A stretch of DNA of 59,852 nt, from assembly GCA_964007735.1 (NCBI GenBank), contig CAXGAI010000026.1:1-59852 (forward strand), in the 5' to 3' direction. A program made the translations under genes and the position numbers. The notes beneath the pieces were generated by a model that did not search any database, had not been told where the DNA came from, and was given only the letters and a program-made list of their open reading frames with translations. This stretch comes from an uncultured Rhodopirellula sp. (GTDB lineage: Bacteria; Planctomycetota; Planctomycetia; Pirellulales; Pirellulaceae). Numbering within the stretch: position 1 is the stretch's first letter; the number at the start of each line of letters is the position of its first letter. Positions 10,297-19,401 of the stretch are shown here, in pieces.

Positions 10297-12399
10297 CTAG
10301 TGGTCCAAAATGAATTCACTACTATTAAGCAGGGCCCACCAGATATCCTGTAGGAACTGTTGTTCATCGGCCTGAGCCTGCAAGGAAAGCTGCTTGATCT
10401 TTGTCAGTTCTTCTTTGGATGGATGACGAGCTAAAGCGGCCATGAAAAGTTGCTGTACTTTGACCTGAGTTAGGTTGGCACTTGCCACAATCTTACCCAG
10501 TACCGTGTGGCTTTCCAGCTTTGTTGCTTTTTTCATCAATTCGCCGTTCATCAAGATCAGAGATTGTTGAATATCTCCCTTAAATGAACTGATCTCCCCG
10601 GCTTCGTCCGTTTCCCTTTGCCGAGTGAATTGACCTAACCAACTACGTTGAGCTAACTGTTGTTGGCCGAAGGAATCCGGCGTGCGAAGTGTACCACTCA
10701 ATGCCAACAAAGACTGGTATACCTCCTCAGGTTCTAACTGACGTGAGTAATAACGACTAAACAATGGTTGATCACCTAATTCAGGACTGTCAATTCCGTT
10801 AGATGGAGAGTATATGCTTGATCGCAAGAACGGATCTGAAAGGGCGAGCCATTTAAGTACTGATTTTAGATTATATTTGTTAGCTCGCGTTTGATTGGCA
10901 AGTGATTCAAGCAACTGAGGGTGTGATACCTGAACATGTGGTCCCATGTCATCCACATCAGAAGTGAAACCATATCCGAAGAAGTGACTCCACATTCGAT
11001 TGACCAACGTTCTTTCCAGAAGAGGGGAATTACTTACTAGGGCAGCTAAACGTGATCGCCTGTCAAAGTTGTCCACAGCTCCACTTGCAGAAGGTTCGGG
11101 GTGTCCGAGAAAAGTCGGGAAGGCTAGACGCGCCACACCATTGGATTGCTCGAAGTAGTTCCCCGCGTCGCCTCCCGGAGTTTCAACCCCCTGGAAATCT
11201 TTGTTGGAAAGACTGAAACCAAATTGTTCATCTTTACGGACGGGTGAGGTATGTAACTGACTGAAATACGCATCCATTTCCCAAAATTGGTTTTGGGCAA
11301 TATCAGAGGATGGGTGATTGTGACATTGTGCACATTGCAGTTTTTGTCCGAGGAAGATGCTTGTCGTTCTCGCGGTTGCTAATGTTGTGTCGTCACCATT
11401 TACCGATGCCAGTAAGAAGTTTACTGCTCCGTTAAAACGATCGGAATCCGGATCCGAGTCACCTGTGGCTGCTAAAAGTTCACGGACAATTTGGTTATAT
11501 GGTTTGTTTGCCTGTAGTGAAGCATAAATGTATTTAGCTAATCCTGCTCGATTGGCTTTATCTTTTCCCGTTCCACCATGACGACCAATCAATGTGTTAG
11601 TCCATAGATTAGTCCAATGCTGCAGATATTCTTCGGAGTATTGTGAAGAGAACAGCAGACGGTTGACCAGTGTCTCTCTTTTGTCAGGATCTGAATTACC
11701 ATCAAAGAAAGGAGTCAGTTCATTGGTTGTTGGTACCCGGCCAATTAATCGCAGGTAGACTCGACGAACCCATTTCAGGTCCGAGGCAAATTCGGATGGC
11801 GTGACCCCCTGCTCCTTCCATTGTTTCGATAATTCCCGGGTGATGCTGGTCAGGATATCCTGTTCAGACATTGGCTTGATAGTTTCCGTTGAAACAAATG
11901 CCAGCGGATGTTGCCATGTATTTGGCTCAGGTTTTAAGTTGGGTGCTAAAGTCTCCTCAGATGGCGGATCATCGCTTGCGATAATGGCCATTGGCTTCAG
12001 TTGTTCCGTTTCAAAGGTATCGTTTGGTGGTTGCCGGTTTTGAAGGGTAAGTGCTCCTACACCGTCAGCTTCCGCAGGAATTCCAGGTGTATTAGCTTTA
12101 GCAACTAAGTCGCGACCTTCTTGCATAGGAGTCAGGGATGAATTCGAATTCAGGGAAATTGCGAAGACGGCCAGAATACAGGCGGCAGCCGATAGAGCAA
12201 AGGACAGGGGCGCCCAGGGAGCATTTCGTTTTTTTTGATGACGTGGTGTGATAGAGACCGGAGACACCATTTCTATTTTGTCGCCGTTGAGTTTAGACAG
12301 GATCTCAGTTGACATATCCGGCGGCGCAGCAGCACCTAAGAGCTCCTCGAGCATGATATCCAATATTGGATTATCAAATTCGTATCGATTTTCCCTCAT
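10297..12399 (-). CDS. DUF1549/DUF1553 (PSCyt2/PSD1) CxxCH protein with an N-terminal anti-sigma-like segment and one TM helix
   Basis: WVRRVYLRLIGRVPT, FLGQKLQCAQCHNHP, VNRMWSHFFGYG, SHPQLL, DIWWALLNSSEF. N-terminus LEELLGAAAPPDMSTEIL, then TM WAPLSFALSAAACILAVFAI. Starts 3 nt after the ECF sigma stop. Confidence 0.85.
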   Translation of the reverse strand: MRENRYEFDNPILDIMLEELLGAAAPPDMSTEILSKLNGDKIEMVSPVSITPRHQKKRNAPWAPLSFALSAAACILAVFAISLNSNSSLTPMQEGRDLVAKANTPGIPAEADGVGALTLQNRQPPNDTFETEQLKPMAIIASDDPPSEETLAPNLKPEPNTWQHPLAFVSTETIKPMSEQDILTSITRELSKQWKEQGVTPSEFASDLKWVRRVYLRLIGRVPTTNELTPFFDGNSDPDKRETLVNRLLFSSQYSEEYLQHWTNLWTNTLIGRHGGTGKDKANRAGLAKYIYASLQANKPYNQIVRELLAATGDSDPDSDRFNGAVNFLLASVNGDDTTLATARTTSIFLGQKLQCAQCHNHPSSDIAQNQFWEMDAYFSQLHTSPVRKDEQFGFSLSNKDFQGVETPGGDAGNYFEQSNGVARLAFPTFLGHPEPSASGAVDNFDRRSRLAALVSNSPLLERTLVNRMWSHFFGYGFTSDVDDMGPHVQVSHPQLLESLANQTRANKYNLKSVLKWLALSDPFLRSSIYSPSNGIDSPELGDQPLFSRYYSRQLEPEEVYQSLLALSGTLRTPDSFGQQQLAQRSWLGQFTRQRETDEAGEISSFKGDIQQSLILMNGELMKKATKLESHTVLGKIVASANLTQVKVQQLFMAALARHPSKEELTKIKQLSLQAQADEQQFLQDIWWALLNSSEFILDH

Positions 12400-12402
12400 G
12401 GT

Positions 12403-12933
12403 CTAATTCAATTCCACCTGATTCTTGTGCTCTACACAATCTCGAAGCTGCTTTTTTGCGCGTTGCATCAAATTCTTTGCTCCATGCTCCGTGATCTGTA
12501 GATGATCTGCAATGGCTGATCGCGTATGTTCTTCCCGGAACCTAAGTTCCAGTGCATTTCGTGCTCTTTCTGTTAAGGCTTCAAGGCACTCCCGTAACAT
12601 GTCCAAAAGTGCATCTCCATTGTCTGCGCCAGCCCACTTGTCCCAACTTGCATCGAGACGTTCGATCTCGTCGGTCACCACGTTTTTTCCTTCCCGACGT
12701 TGGACGGAAATAAACAGGTTGTAGGCGACCTTTCGCAGATACCCAGCCGTGGCGGCATCGTTGTACTGCTCAAATCCTTTTCTAATGACGCGTAGGAATG
12801 TTTCCTGAGTGATGTCTTCTGCCAGAGAAGCCTCACATCCCAGAACGCGCAAATAACGCCAGATCCCGTGTTGATACTTACGTATCAATTCTTCAGGACT
12901 TAGAGGATCAGTGTTATTAGTACCGTCTCTCAT
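12403..12933 (-). CDS. ECF (sigma-70 group 4) RNA polymerase sigma factor
   Basis: Region 2 AEDITQETF...YLRKVAYN; region 4 CLEALTERARNALELRF...IADHL...KNLMQRAKKQLR; 176 aa. Confidence 0.92.
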   Translation of the reverse strand: MRDGTNNTDPLSPEELIRKYQHGIWRYLRVLGCEASLAEDITQETFLRVIRKGFEQYNDAATAGYLRKVAYNLFISVQRREGKNVVTDEIERLDASWDKWAGADNGDALLDMLRECLEALTERARNALELRFREEHTRSAIADHLQITEHGAKNLMQRAKKQLRDCVEHKNQVELN

Positions 12934-13019
12934 CGTTATTTACGTAACTTACCCTGTAACATCAGCGAATGGCGGAGCTAATTTGTACTCTGGTATCTTT
13001 CAAAAATAAAGAAAAAGAT

Positions 13020-13058
13020 AAAAAAAGGGGCGGTGCTATGGGATGCACACGCCCCTTT
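13020..13058 (-). terminator. Intrinsic terminator after the DUF1501 gene
   Basis: AAAGGGGCG (13024-13032) pairs with CGCCCCTTT (13050-13058). The A-run on + gives a U-tail on the minus strand. Confidence 0.7.
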
Positions 13059-13086
13059 GTAGAGCAGGTCTATCTTGGAATTGTTT

Positions 13087-14355
13087 TTAGCTAAACAATT
13101 CCTTAATCACTTTACCACTATTAGCGATCTTCATAGGACGACCGTTTTGGCTGGTAAATGTGGTTTGCAGTGAGATACCAAGGGCTTTACAAACAGAAGC
13201 CATGACATCCTGAGATGTATACGGTTCGGTTTCAACACGAGTACCATCTGAGTTGGTTTCACCAACGGCAATACCACCGTTCATGCCACCACCACCGACG
13301 ACGACACTCCAACTTCGTGCCCAGTGATCACGACCGGCATTGCCATTGATACGAGGAGTTCGGCTAAACTCGCCCATCCAGATAATTGCCGTATCTTCAA
13401 GTAATCCACGTTGTTCCAAATCCTCAGTCAGAGCACTCATCGCCTGATCAAGTTCCGGAAGTTTGGTGTCACGTAGAGTAGCGTGGATGTTATTGTGATT
13501 GTCCCATCCACCCAGACCAACTTCGATAAACGGTACACCTTGTTCAACAAGACGACGGGCCATCAGACACCCTCGCCCAAAGTTTGTGTTTCCGTAACGC
13601 TCTTTGACGTCTTCCGGCTCACCAGCAACTTTGAATGCATCCATTTGAGAACTGGTCATAAGATTCAAGGTCTTCTTAAGGATCTTCTGATGATCAGAAG
13701 CAGCTGAACCTCGACGCTGGTTAATAAAACCTGATTCAATCAGGTCCAAAGCGTACATTCGCTGGTAGAGACGTTGGTCTTCAAGACCCATCTGCAGGTT
13801 TCGAACCTGACCATTTGAGTTTACCGAAAAAGGCGCCCACGCCATGCCCAGGAATCCAGGACCGACACTGCCGCCTCCAACTGTCACGAATGGAGGAATT
13901 TCCAGTTCCGGACGCTGGTGATTCAGTTGATGACTCAGGACAGCACCGTAACTAGGGTGTTCAATATTTGGGTTGGGTACATAACCGGTATGCATGTAAT
14001 AACGCCCGCGGCCATGATCAGCTTCACGAGTACTCATACTACGAACAATCGCCATGTTATGCATTTGTTTTGCCATCAGAGGCATGTGTTCGCTTATTTG
14101 AACATCGCCACTGGTTGCGATTGGACGGAAAGGACCGCCGGTAGGAGCACCGGGCTTAAGATCCCAGATATCCATCGTTGAAGGTCCGCCACCCATCCAA
14201 AGAAGGATAGCTGACTTACGACGACGTTTCAGGTCGTCTGCGTTGGCCAGAAGAGTGTTCCCCATTGCCAAAGCTGGCATTGTCATGGCGGAAGCGCCCG
14301 TTAGATGCGACATGAAGTGTCGTCGGGACATTCCTGTTGGTGTTGATCTGCTCAT
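13087..14355 (-). CDS. DUF1501 domain-containing protein, Tat-exported
   Basis: SRRHF Tat motif, LWMGGGPSTMDIWDLKP, CLMARRLVEQGV, GGWDNH, GEFSRTP, GRDHW. Confidence 0.92.
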   Translation of the reverse strand: MSRSTPTGMSRRHFMSHLTGASAMTMPALAMGNTLLANADDLKRRRKSAILLWMGGGPSTMDIWDLKPGAPTGGPFRPIATSGDVQISEHMPLMAKQMHNMAIVRSMSTREADHGRGRYYMHTGYVPNPNIEHPSYGAVLSHQLNHQRPELEIPPFVTVGGGSVGPGFLGMAWAPFSVNSNGQVRNLQMGLEDQRLYQRMYALDLIESGFINQRRGSAASDHQKILKKTLNLMTSSQMDAFKVAGEPEDVKERYGNTNFGRGCLMARRLVEQGVPFIEVGLGGWDNHNNIHATLRDTKLPELDQAMSALTEDLEQRGLLEDTAIIWMGEFSRTPRINGNAGRDHWARSWSVVVGGGGMNGGIAVGETNSDGTRVETEPYTSQDVMASVCKALGISLQTTFTSQNGRPMKIANSGKVIKELFS

Positions 14356-14411
14356 GTTAAATCTCCGCTATATAAATTAGCCAGGTTCTCCCATAAGAAC
14401 CCATCTCGGCT

Positions 14412-16094
14412 TTAGTGGTTCAAAATAAACTCGTTACTGTTAAGCACTGCCCACCAGATATCCTGAAGCGCGGCTGTTAAGTCACCCTTACGGGCAGCGA
14501 GTAATTGGTTTGCTACTTTTACCTCATTCATGTTTGGTTTGCGAGCGAATGCCGCTTCGAAGAGGTAGTTAATCTTTTGTGTATTGTTTAGTTCGCTGCT
14601 TGCCAATTCACTGAGAAAGCTTCCCTTGTCACTAGAAGTGGCTTTTTTCACCAGATCGCCGTTGAACAGCATCAGGGCCTGAGGAATGGTACCATTGAAA
14701 CTGGTCGTTTCTTCACCTTCATCATTACCAAAAGCAACTACAAACTGACCCAACCAACGGGACTTCAGTTCTTCCTGTTCTTCGTAGCTCCCACGGCCTT
14801 CAAGAGCACGGGTGGCTGTGATCAGCGATTCGTACAGCTCTTCGGCCCGCATCTGTCTCATATAAAAGCGACTGAATTTAGGCGTTTCACCAAGGAGAGG
14901 GTCATCAAGTGATTCATTCGACGAATTACTGCGACTCGAGAGTGCGTATGATTCACTCAAAGCGATCCAGGAGATGAGTTGCTTAAGATCAAAATTCTTC
15001 TTACGAATTTGTTGGCCCATGTAATCCAGCAGTTCTGGATGCGTTGCTGGATTGTGAGGCCCCATATCATCAATGGGTTTAGTGAATCCATAGCCCATAA
15101 AGTGAGCCCACATACGATTGGCCAGCATCTTGTCCAGATAGCGTGACTCCATCATCAACTTCCCGAGTTCGTTACGCCGGACGACGTCTTCGACGTAGCC
15201 ACTGGGATTAATTGTTTGGCCATCTACGAAAACGGGATACGCGACTTTGGTGATACCGTTTCGCAACTCGTAATAAATATCCGCCTTATCAGGGTCTTTT
15301 GTCAGGCCTTCTCCCTGGAAGGATTCATTAACTAATTCGACGTGAGAAACATTTCGAGTGCCAGTTTCGAACCGACGAAGTGCTCGAGTTTGACGGAAGA
15401 AAGCATTCATCTCCCAGAATTTTTGTTGCTTCCACTCGTTAAATGGGTGATTGTGACATTGCGTGCATTGCACTTGAAGCCCCAGGAAAATCCGGGAGGT
15501 CTTGGCAGTTGCCTGAGCAGCTTTTTCTTCAAGTTTCATGGTCATGAAATTTACAGCACCATTAAAGTTTTCAGTGCCGGGAGTATTCGAGCCTGTCGCT
15601 GTTACTAGATCGAATACCATTTCGTTGTAGTACTTGTTTCGCGCGAGAGAGTCCCGTAGATACTTTTGCATACCCGGACGATTGATGAGACTGTTACGTT
15701 CTGTGCCACCACTTCGACCGATCAATACGTTGGTCCAAATCGTCGTCCAATTGTTGGCATATTGTTCGGTGTACTCTTCGTCATAAAGTAATGTTGTGAC
15801 TAGAGCTTTCCGTTTTTCCGGTGAACGATCTTTGGTGAATTCTCTTAGCTCGTCAACACTGGGAACACGACCTAAGATGTCGAGGTATAAACGACGTACC
15901 CATTCACCGTCGGGGGCAGCTGCAGAAGGGCGGATTTCATAATCTGACCAACCCTGACGAATCAGGCGGTTGATTTCGGCAACTTCCTGAATTCCATAAT
16001 CAGAAGCTTCATTTTGAGCATCAACATCACCAGGAAATGACAGCATTTGGGTTAAAAGACCCAGAACAGTAAATGTCCAAAGTTGACGTTTCAT
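14412..16094 (-). CDS. DUF1549/DUF1553 (PSCyt2/PSD1) CxxCH protein, secreted
   Basis: Signal peptide from ATG 16094 (track start 16160). WVRRLYLDILGRVPS, FLGLQVQCTQCHNHP, NRMWAHFMGYG, THPELLD, DIWWAVLNSNEF. Confidence 0.9.
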   Translation of the reverse strand: MKRQLWTFTVLGLLTQMLSFPGDVDAQNEASDYGIQEVAEINRLIRQGWSDYEIRPSAAAPDGEWVRRLYLDILGRVPSVDELREFTKDRSPEKRKALVTTLLYDEEYTEQYANNWTTIWTNVLIGRSGGTERNSLINRPGMQKYLRDSLARNKYYNEMVFDLVTATGSNTPGTENFNGAVNFMTMKLEEKAAQATAKTSRIFLGLQVQCTQCHNHPFNEWKQQKFWEMNAFFRQTRALRRFETGTRNVSHVELVNESFQGEGLTKDPDKADIYYELRNGITKVAYPVFVDGQTINPSGYVEDVVRRNELGKLMMESRYLDKMLANRMWAHFMGYGFTKPIDDMGPHNPATHPELLDYMGQQIRKKNFDLKQLISWIALSESYALSSRSNSSNESLDDPLLGETPKFSRFYMRQMRAEELYESLITATRALEGRGSYEEQEELKSRWLGQFVVAFGNDEGEETTSFNGTIPQALMLFNGDLVKKATSSDKGSFLSELASSELNNTQKINYLFEAAFARKPNMNEVKVANQLLAARKGDLTAALQDIWWAVLNSNEFILNH

Positions 16095-16825
16095 TCCTAC
16101 AAATCCTATCTGTTTTGACAAAGTCATTGCCCTACATCCTAGTAACGCTTGATGACTCAATCAGGTACTCAGGTAATTTCTAAAAAACTATCAAAACACC
16201 TTAAAAAGGGGTAAATAATTATACCCCTTATATTAATCGCTACTTGTCTACTCATTCTAAAACAAATCATTTAGCCCGTCTTGTTCTAAAATTGATTTAA
16301 ACTGTGATACTTGGATAAGTACGACAGCCTTTTCGATCTCAGTAAGTCACCGGTCAGGGATAATTTAGGATCGATTTTTGACCGTTTTAGCTTAGATACA
16401 CTCAACGGCAATCGGTAGATAAGAATGGAAAGGGTGTTTAATTTTAGTACGCATGTATCAAAATAATACAGGCATATGCTACAGGTACTTGATCGAGGTG
16501 ATCCCCATCACCTCGAATCAAGTTTGTCCCTAGAGCATCAATCGTGCCTGGTATTGTGTTGTTTTCAGTCGATCTCGCCAAATTGTTCCGATTTGACTGA
16601 TAGACAACTGACATCCGAATCACCCTATTTTATAGTGGTTTTCGCCTCAGTACTCCTGAAAACAAAACAATGATTGCCTACCTGTTTCCGGCCCCAATGA
16701 TTTGCCTCTTCTCAGGTCCGGCCCCTTTTCCGCTTGTGATAAGAGTCTTCTCTGATCAAGCAGGAAATCGTTGCTGTAATAAATACAAAGCAACTAATGT
16801 GCCAAAAGTCAGAATTGTGCCAACC

Positions 16826-18784
16826 TTAGGCAATATCCCGTAGTTCGGTCGCAGCCATACGCTGGTAGACCGTATTGCGTTGAATGAGCTCATCATGGGT
16901 CCCGTCGTCGATGATTTTCCCCTGATCCATGACGATAATTCGATCGGCTAGCTGTAAGCTGGCCATCCGATGCGTGATCATAATGGCTGTGCGATCAGCT
17001 AAAAACTCTGTAAGTACCTGGTAAATAACTTTTTCGCTTTCCAAATCCACCTGACTGGTAGCTTCATCAAGTATGATGATTTCCGGATCAGTGAGAATAG
17101 CTCGTGCCAGAGCGAGTCTCTGTCTTTGTCCACCCGACAGTTTTCCTCCGCCCTCACCAATAATGGTGCCGTAGCCGTCTTCCAATTTCGATTCAATAAA
17201 CTGATGAGCTTTGGCTTTCTTGGCAGCAGCCTGAACCTGCTCGAGCGTTGCATCACGTTTTCCATATTTCAAATTATTCAAAACACTATCATCAAACATG
17301 ATGGCATTTTGAGTTACCATGGCGATTCGATTTCGCAGCTCCCGTTTCCGAACTAATTTGATGTCCGTGTTATTGACCGATATCGAACCCTTTGTTGGAT
17401 CAAAAAATCTTGGGATCATGCGAGCCAACGTGCTTTTACCGCATCCATTGGGCCCCACCAACGCGACCGTCTGTCCCTGAGTAATGGTCAGCGAAAGATT
17501 TTTAATGACATTACATTCCGGGGTGTATCCAAAGTCGACAGAAGAGAACTCAATCGTTTGAATGCTCTCAGGCATGGGACTTGGATTTAGTGTTTCAGGA
17601 AGATCAGGGTTGCGATCCAGCATTTCATAGATTCGATCAGCAGCGGCAGCTCCTCGTTGAACCACATTAAAGACATCCGCGATTTTTCTAAGTGGATCGC
17701 TCGCTCCGATCAGGAATGCAAAGAAGGTCATCATGTCACCGAAACTCATTGGATTGACGCAGATTTGAAATCCCAGTAGATGGGTTTCCTGATTGAGAAC
17801 CAGGTACCCCCCAGCAAGGATGGCTAATCCCACAATGGTCATTCCCATAATTTCAGTGGTGGGCCGGGTCATCGAATTGTACTTAGCAATCTTCATTGCC
17901 TTGAGGTAATAACTTTTTGCGGAATGATGAAAGCGTTTGCGTTCGTAGCCTTCCATGTTGAACGCTTTGACCGCCACGATGCCTTTAAAGGTTTCACCAA
18001 TTAGTCCGTACATCGATGCCATTTCCTGCATGGCCTTACGATTTGATCGTCTCAGTGCTTTGGATAAATAGCCGATCAGGATGGCGGCGAAGGGAGTGAC
18101 AATCATGCAAAGTAATAGGAGTCGCCAAGAAATGAAAGCTGCTGCCACCAGACAGGTCGTCATTTTCAAGGGCTCTCGCACGGCTTTCCCCAGCAACTGA
18201 AAGATTCCCTGTGTAACCACTTCGGTATCGTTGGTGAATCGGCTCATTAACTCGGTGGATCGATCGGCATTGAAAGATCCGACGGACATCTTCAGCGTTC
18301 TGCGATAGAACTCTTTACGAAGATTAAACACGGACAATTGAGTGAAGCGTTGGGTCAGGATGATGTTGCTCATGAGGATCAGGTCTTTCAATACCGTCCC
18401 TCCAATCATCAAGCAGACGACAAGCACCAGTGTTTCAAACGCTGTGTCAGGTAAGTACTGCTGTGCATAGGGAAGCAAGCTCTGCTTCAAATCGAATTCA
18501 CTTTCGAGACTGCTGAGTTGGACCTTCAGAAAAGACTTGTCATTGCTGTCTGATACCTGACTAATCAAGGCCTGCTTTTCAGCAATCTCAAGCTGCAGTT
18601 CTTCAATTCCCTCATCCAGATATTGCGTTGCGGATTTACCTTGAAATACAACTTCCACGAGCGGGTAAATTGTTCCAATGTTTGCACTCCAGAAGACCGC
18701 AACAAGCAAGCTGCAGAGAACGATTCCAATACATGTTAGGCGGTATCGCAGCCCGATCTTAACTGCTCTGAAGAAATTCCGCAT
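16826..18784 (-). CDS. ABC transporter, fused permease/ATPase (MsbA-like exporter)
   Basis: N-terminal TM domain, Walker A GPNGCGKST, LSGGQRQR signature, Walker B IIILDEATS. ATG 18784 preferred over track start 18862. Confidence 0.92.
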   Translation of the reverse strand: MRNFFRAVKIGLRYRLTCIGIVLCSLLVAVFWSANIGTIYPLVEVVFQGKSATQYLDEGIEELQLEIAEKQALISQVSDSNDKSFLKVQLSSLESEFDLKQSLLPYAQQYLPDTAFETLVLVVCLMIGGTVLKDLILMSNIILTQRFTQLSVFNLRKEFYRRTLKMSVGSFNADRSTELMSRFTNDTEVVTQGIFQLLGKAVREPLKMTTCLVAAAFISWRLLLLCMIVTPFAAILIGYLSKALRRSNRKAMQEMASMYGLIGETFKGIVAVKAFNMEGYERKRFHHSAKSYYLKAMKIAKYNSMTRPTTEIMGMTIVGLAILAGGYLVLNQETHLLGFQICVNPMSFGDMMTFFAFLIGASDPLRKIADVFNVVQRGAAAADRIYEMLDRNPDLPETLNPSPMPESIQTIEFSSVDFGYTPECNVIKNLSLTITQGQTVALVGPNGCGKSTLARMIPRFFDPTKGSISVNNTDIKLVRKRELRNRIAMVTQNAIMFDDSVLNNLKYGKRDATLEQVQAAAKKAKAHQFIESKLEDGYGTIIGEGGGKLSGGQRQRLALARAILTDPEIIILDEATSQVDLESEKVIYQVLTEFLADRTAIMITHRMASLQLADRIIVMDQGKIIDDGTHDELIQRNTVYQRMAATELRDIA

Positions 18785-19040
18785 AAAGGTACCTGCCAAG
18801 GCATACGTATCAAAAACCGCCTGAAACCGCTGTTTTTTAGCAGATCTAAGTGTTTTCTCCAATATCGAAGTAGGTTGTTAGGGGTTCGGATCGTAATTGA
18901 TTTAACGATTTGTTGAACTTTGACGCTTGTAGTGGCCGAAGAAAGGACTAGGGATTTGCAGGCTCTGGACGTTTATGTACGTATCAGCCTGACTTGAGGC
19001 AAGTTGTGGACGAGAAGAAGCGATTCTCAGGAGATAAGAA

Positions 19041-19319
19041 ATGAAGCGGTTTTTAGCCTTGGGTGCCATTTGTCTGGCGCTTTCAACAATAGGGTGTGCC
19101 CAAAATCAAATGCGTACCAGCCAGCGTCAAATGATGCCGACTCCAATGCAAGCAGCTCCAGCCAACGCTCAAGCGCCAGCCCCACAGCATGGCTATCCCA
19201 ATAACCAGATGTTGCAAAATGCTCAGCCGGCTCAGGCTGGAACTTATGCTTATCCGTATTACACTACTCGCTCACCACGAGATTTCCTGCAAAGCAATCC
19301 ACCTTCTATCGGTCGCTAA
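19041..19319 (+). CDS. Small putative lipoprotein with a Gln/Pro-rich linker and C-terminal YPYYTTRSPRDFL motif
   Basis: AGGAG RBS, MKRF start, hydrophobic stretch, lipobox-like STIGC; followed by a strong terminator. Confidence 0.75.
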   Translation: MKRFLALGAICLALSTIGCAQNQMRTSQRQMMPTPMQAAPANAQAPAPQHGYPNNQMLQNAQPAQAGTYAYPYYTTRSPRDFLQSNPPSIGR

Positions 19320-19349
19320 ATAGCTCCGACAGAAAGAGATATAAAAAAT

Positions 19350-19379
19350 AAAAGCGAGGCTTTCCGCCTCGCTTTTTTT
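19350..19379. terminator. Bidirectional intrinsic terminator
   Basis: AAAGCGAGGC-TTTCC-GCCTCGCTTT with an A-run before and T-run after, between convergent genes. Confidence 0.85.
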
Positions 19380-19401
19380 CTGTCCGCGGACTTGCGGTAT
19401 A

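Noticed and set aside
16476..16673. 65-aa ORF in the long intergenic gap
   Set aside because: No recognisable motif or clear RBS; cannot be supported.
18959..18990. CAGGCT...AGCCTG hairpin upstream of the small lipoprotein as a riboswitch
   Set aside because: Only a 6-bp stem and no match to a riboswitch consensus I recognise.
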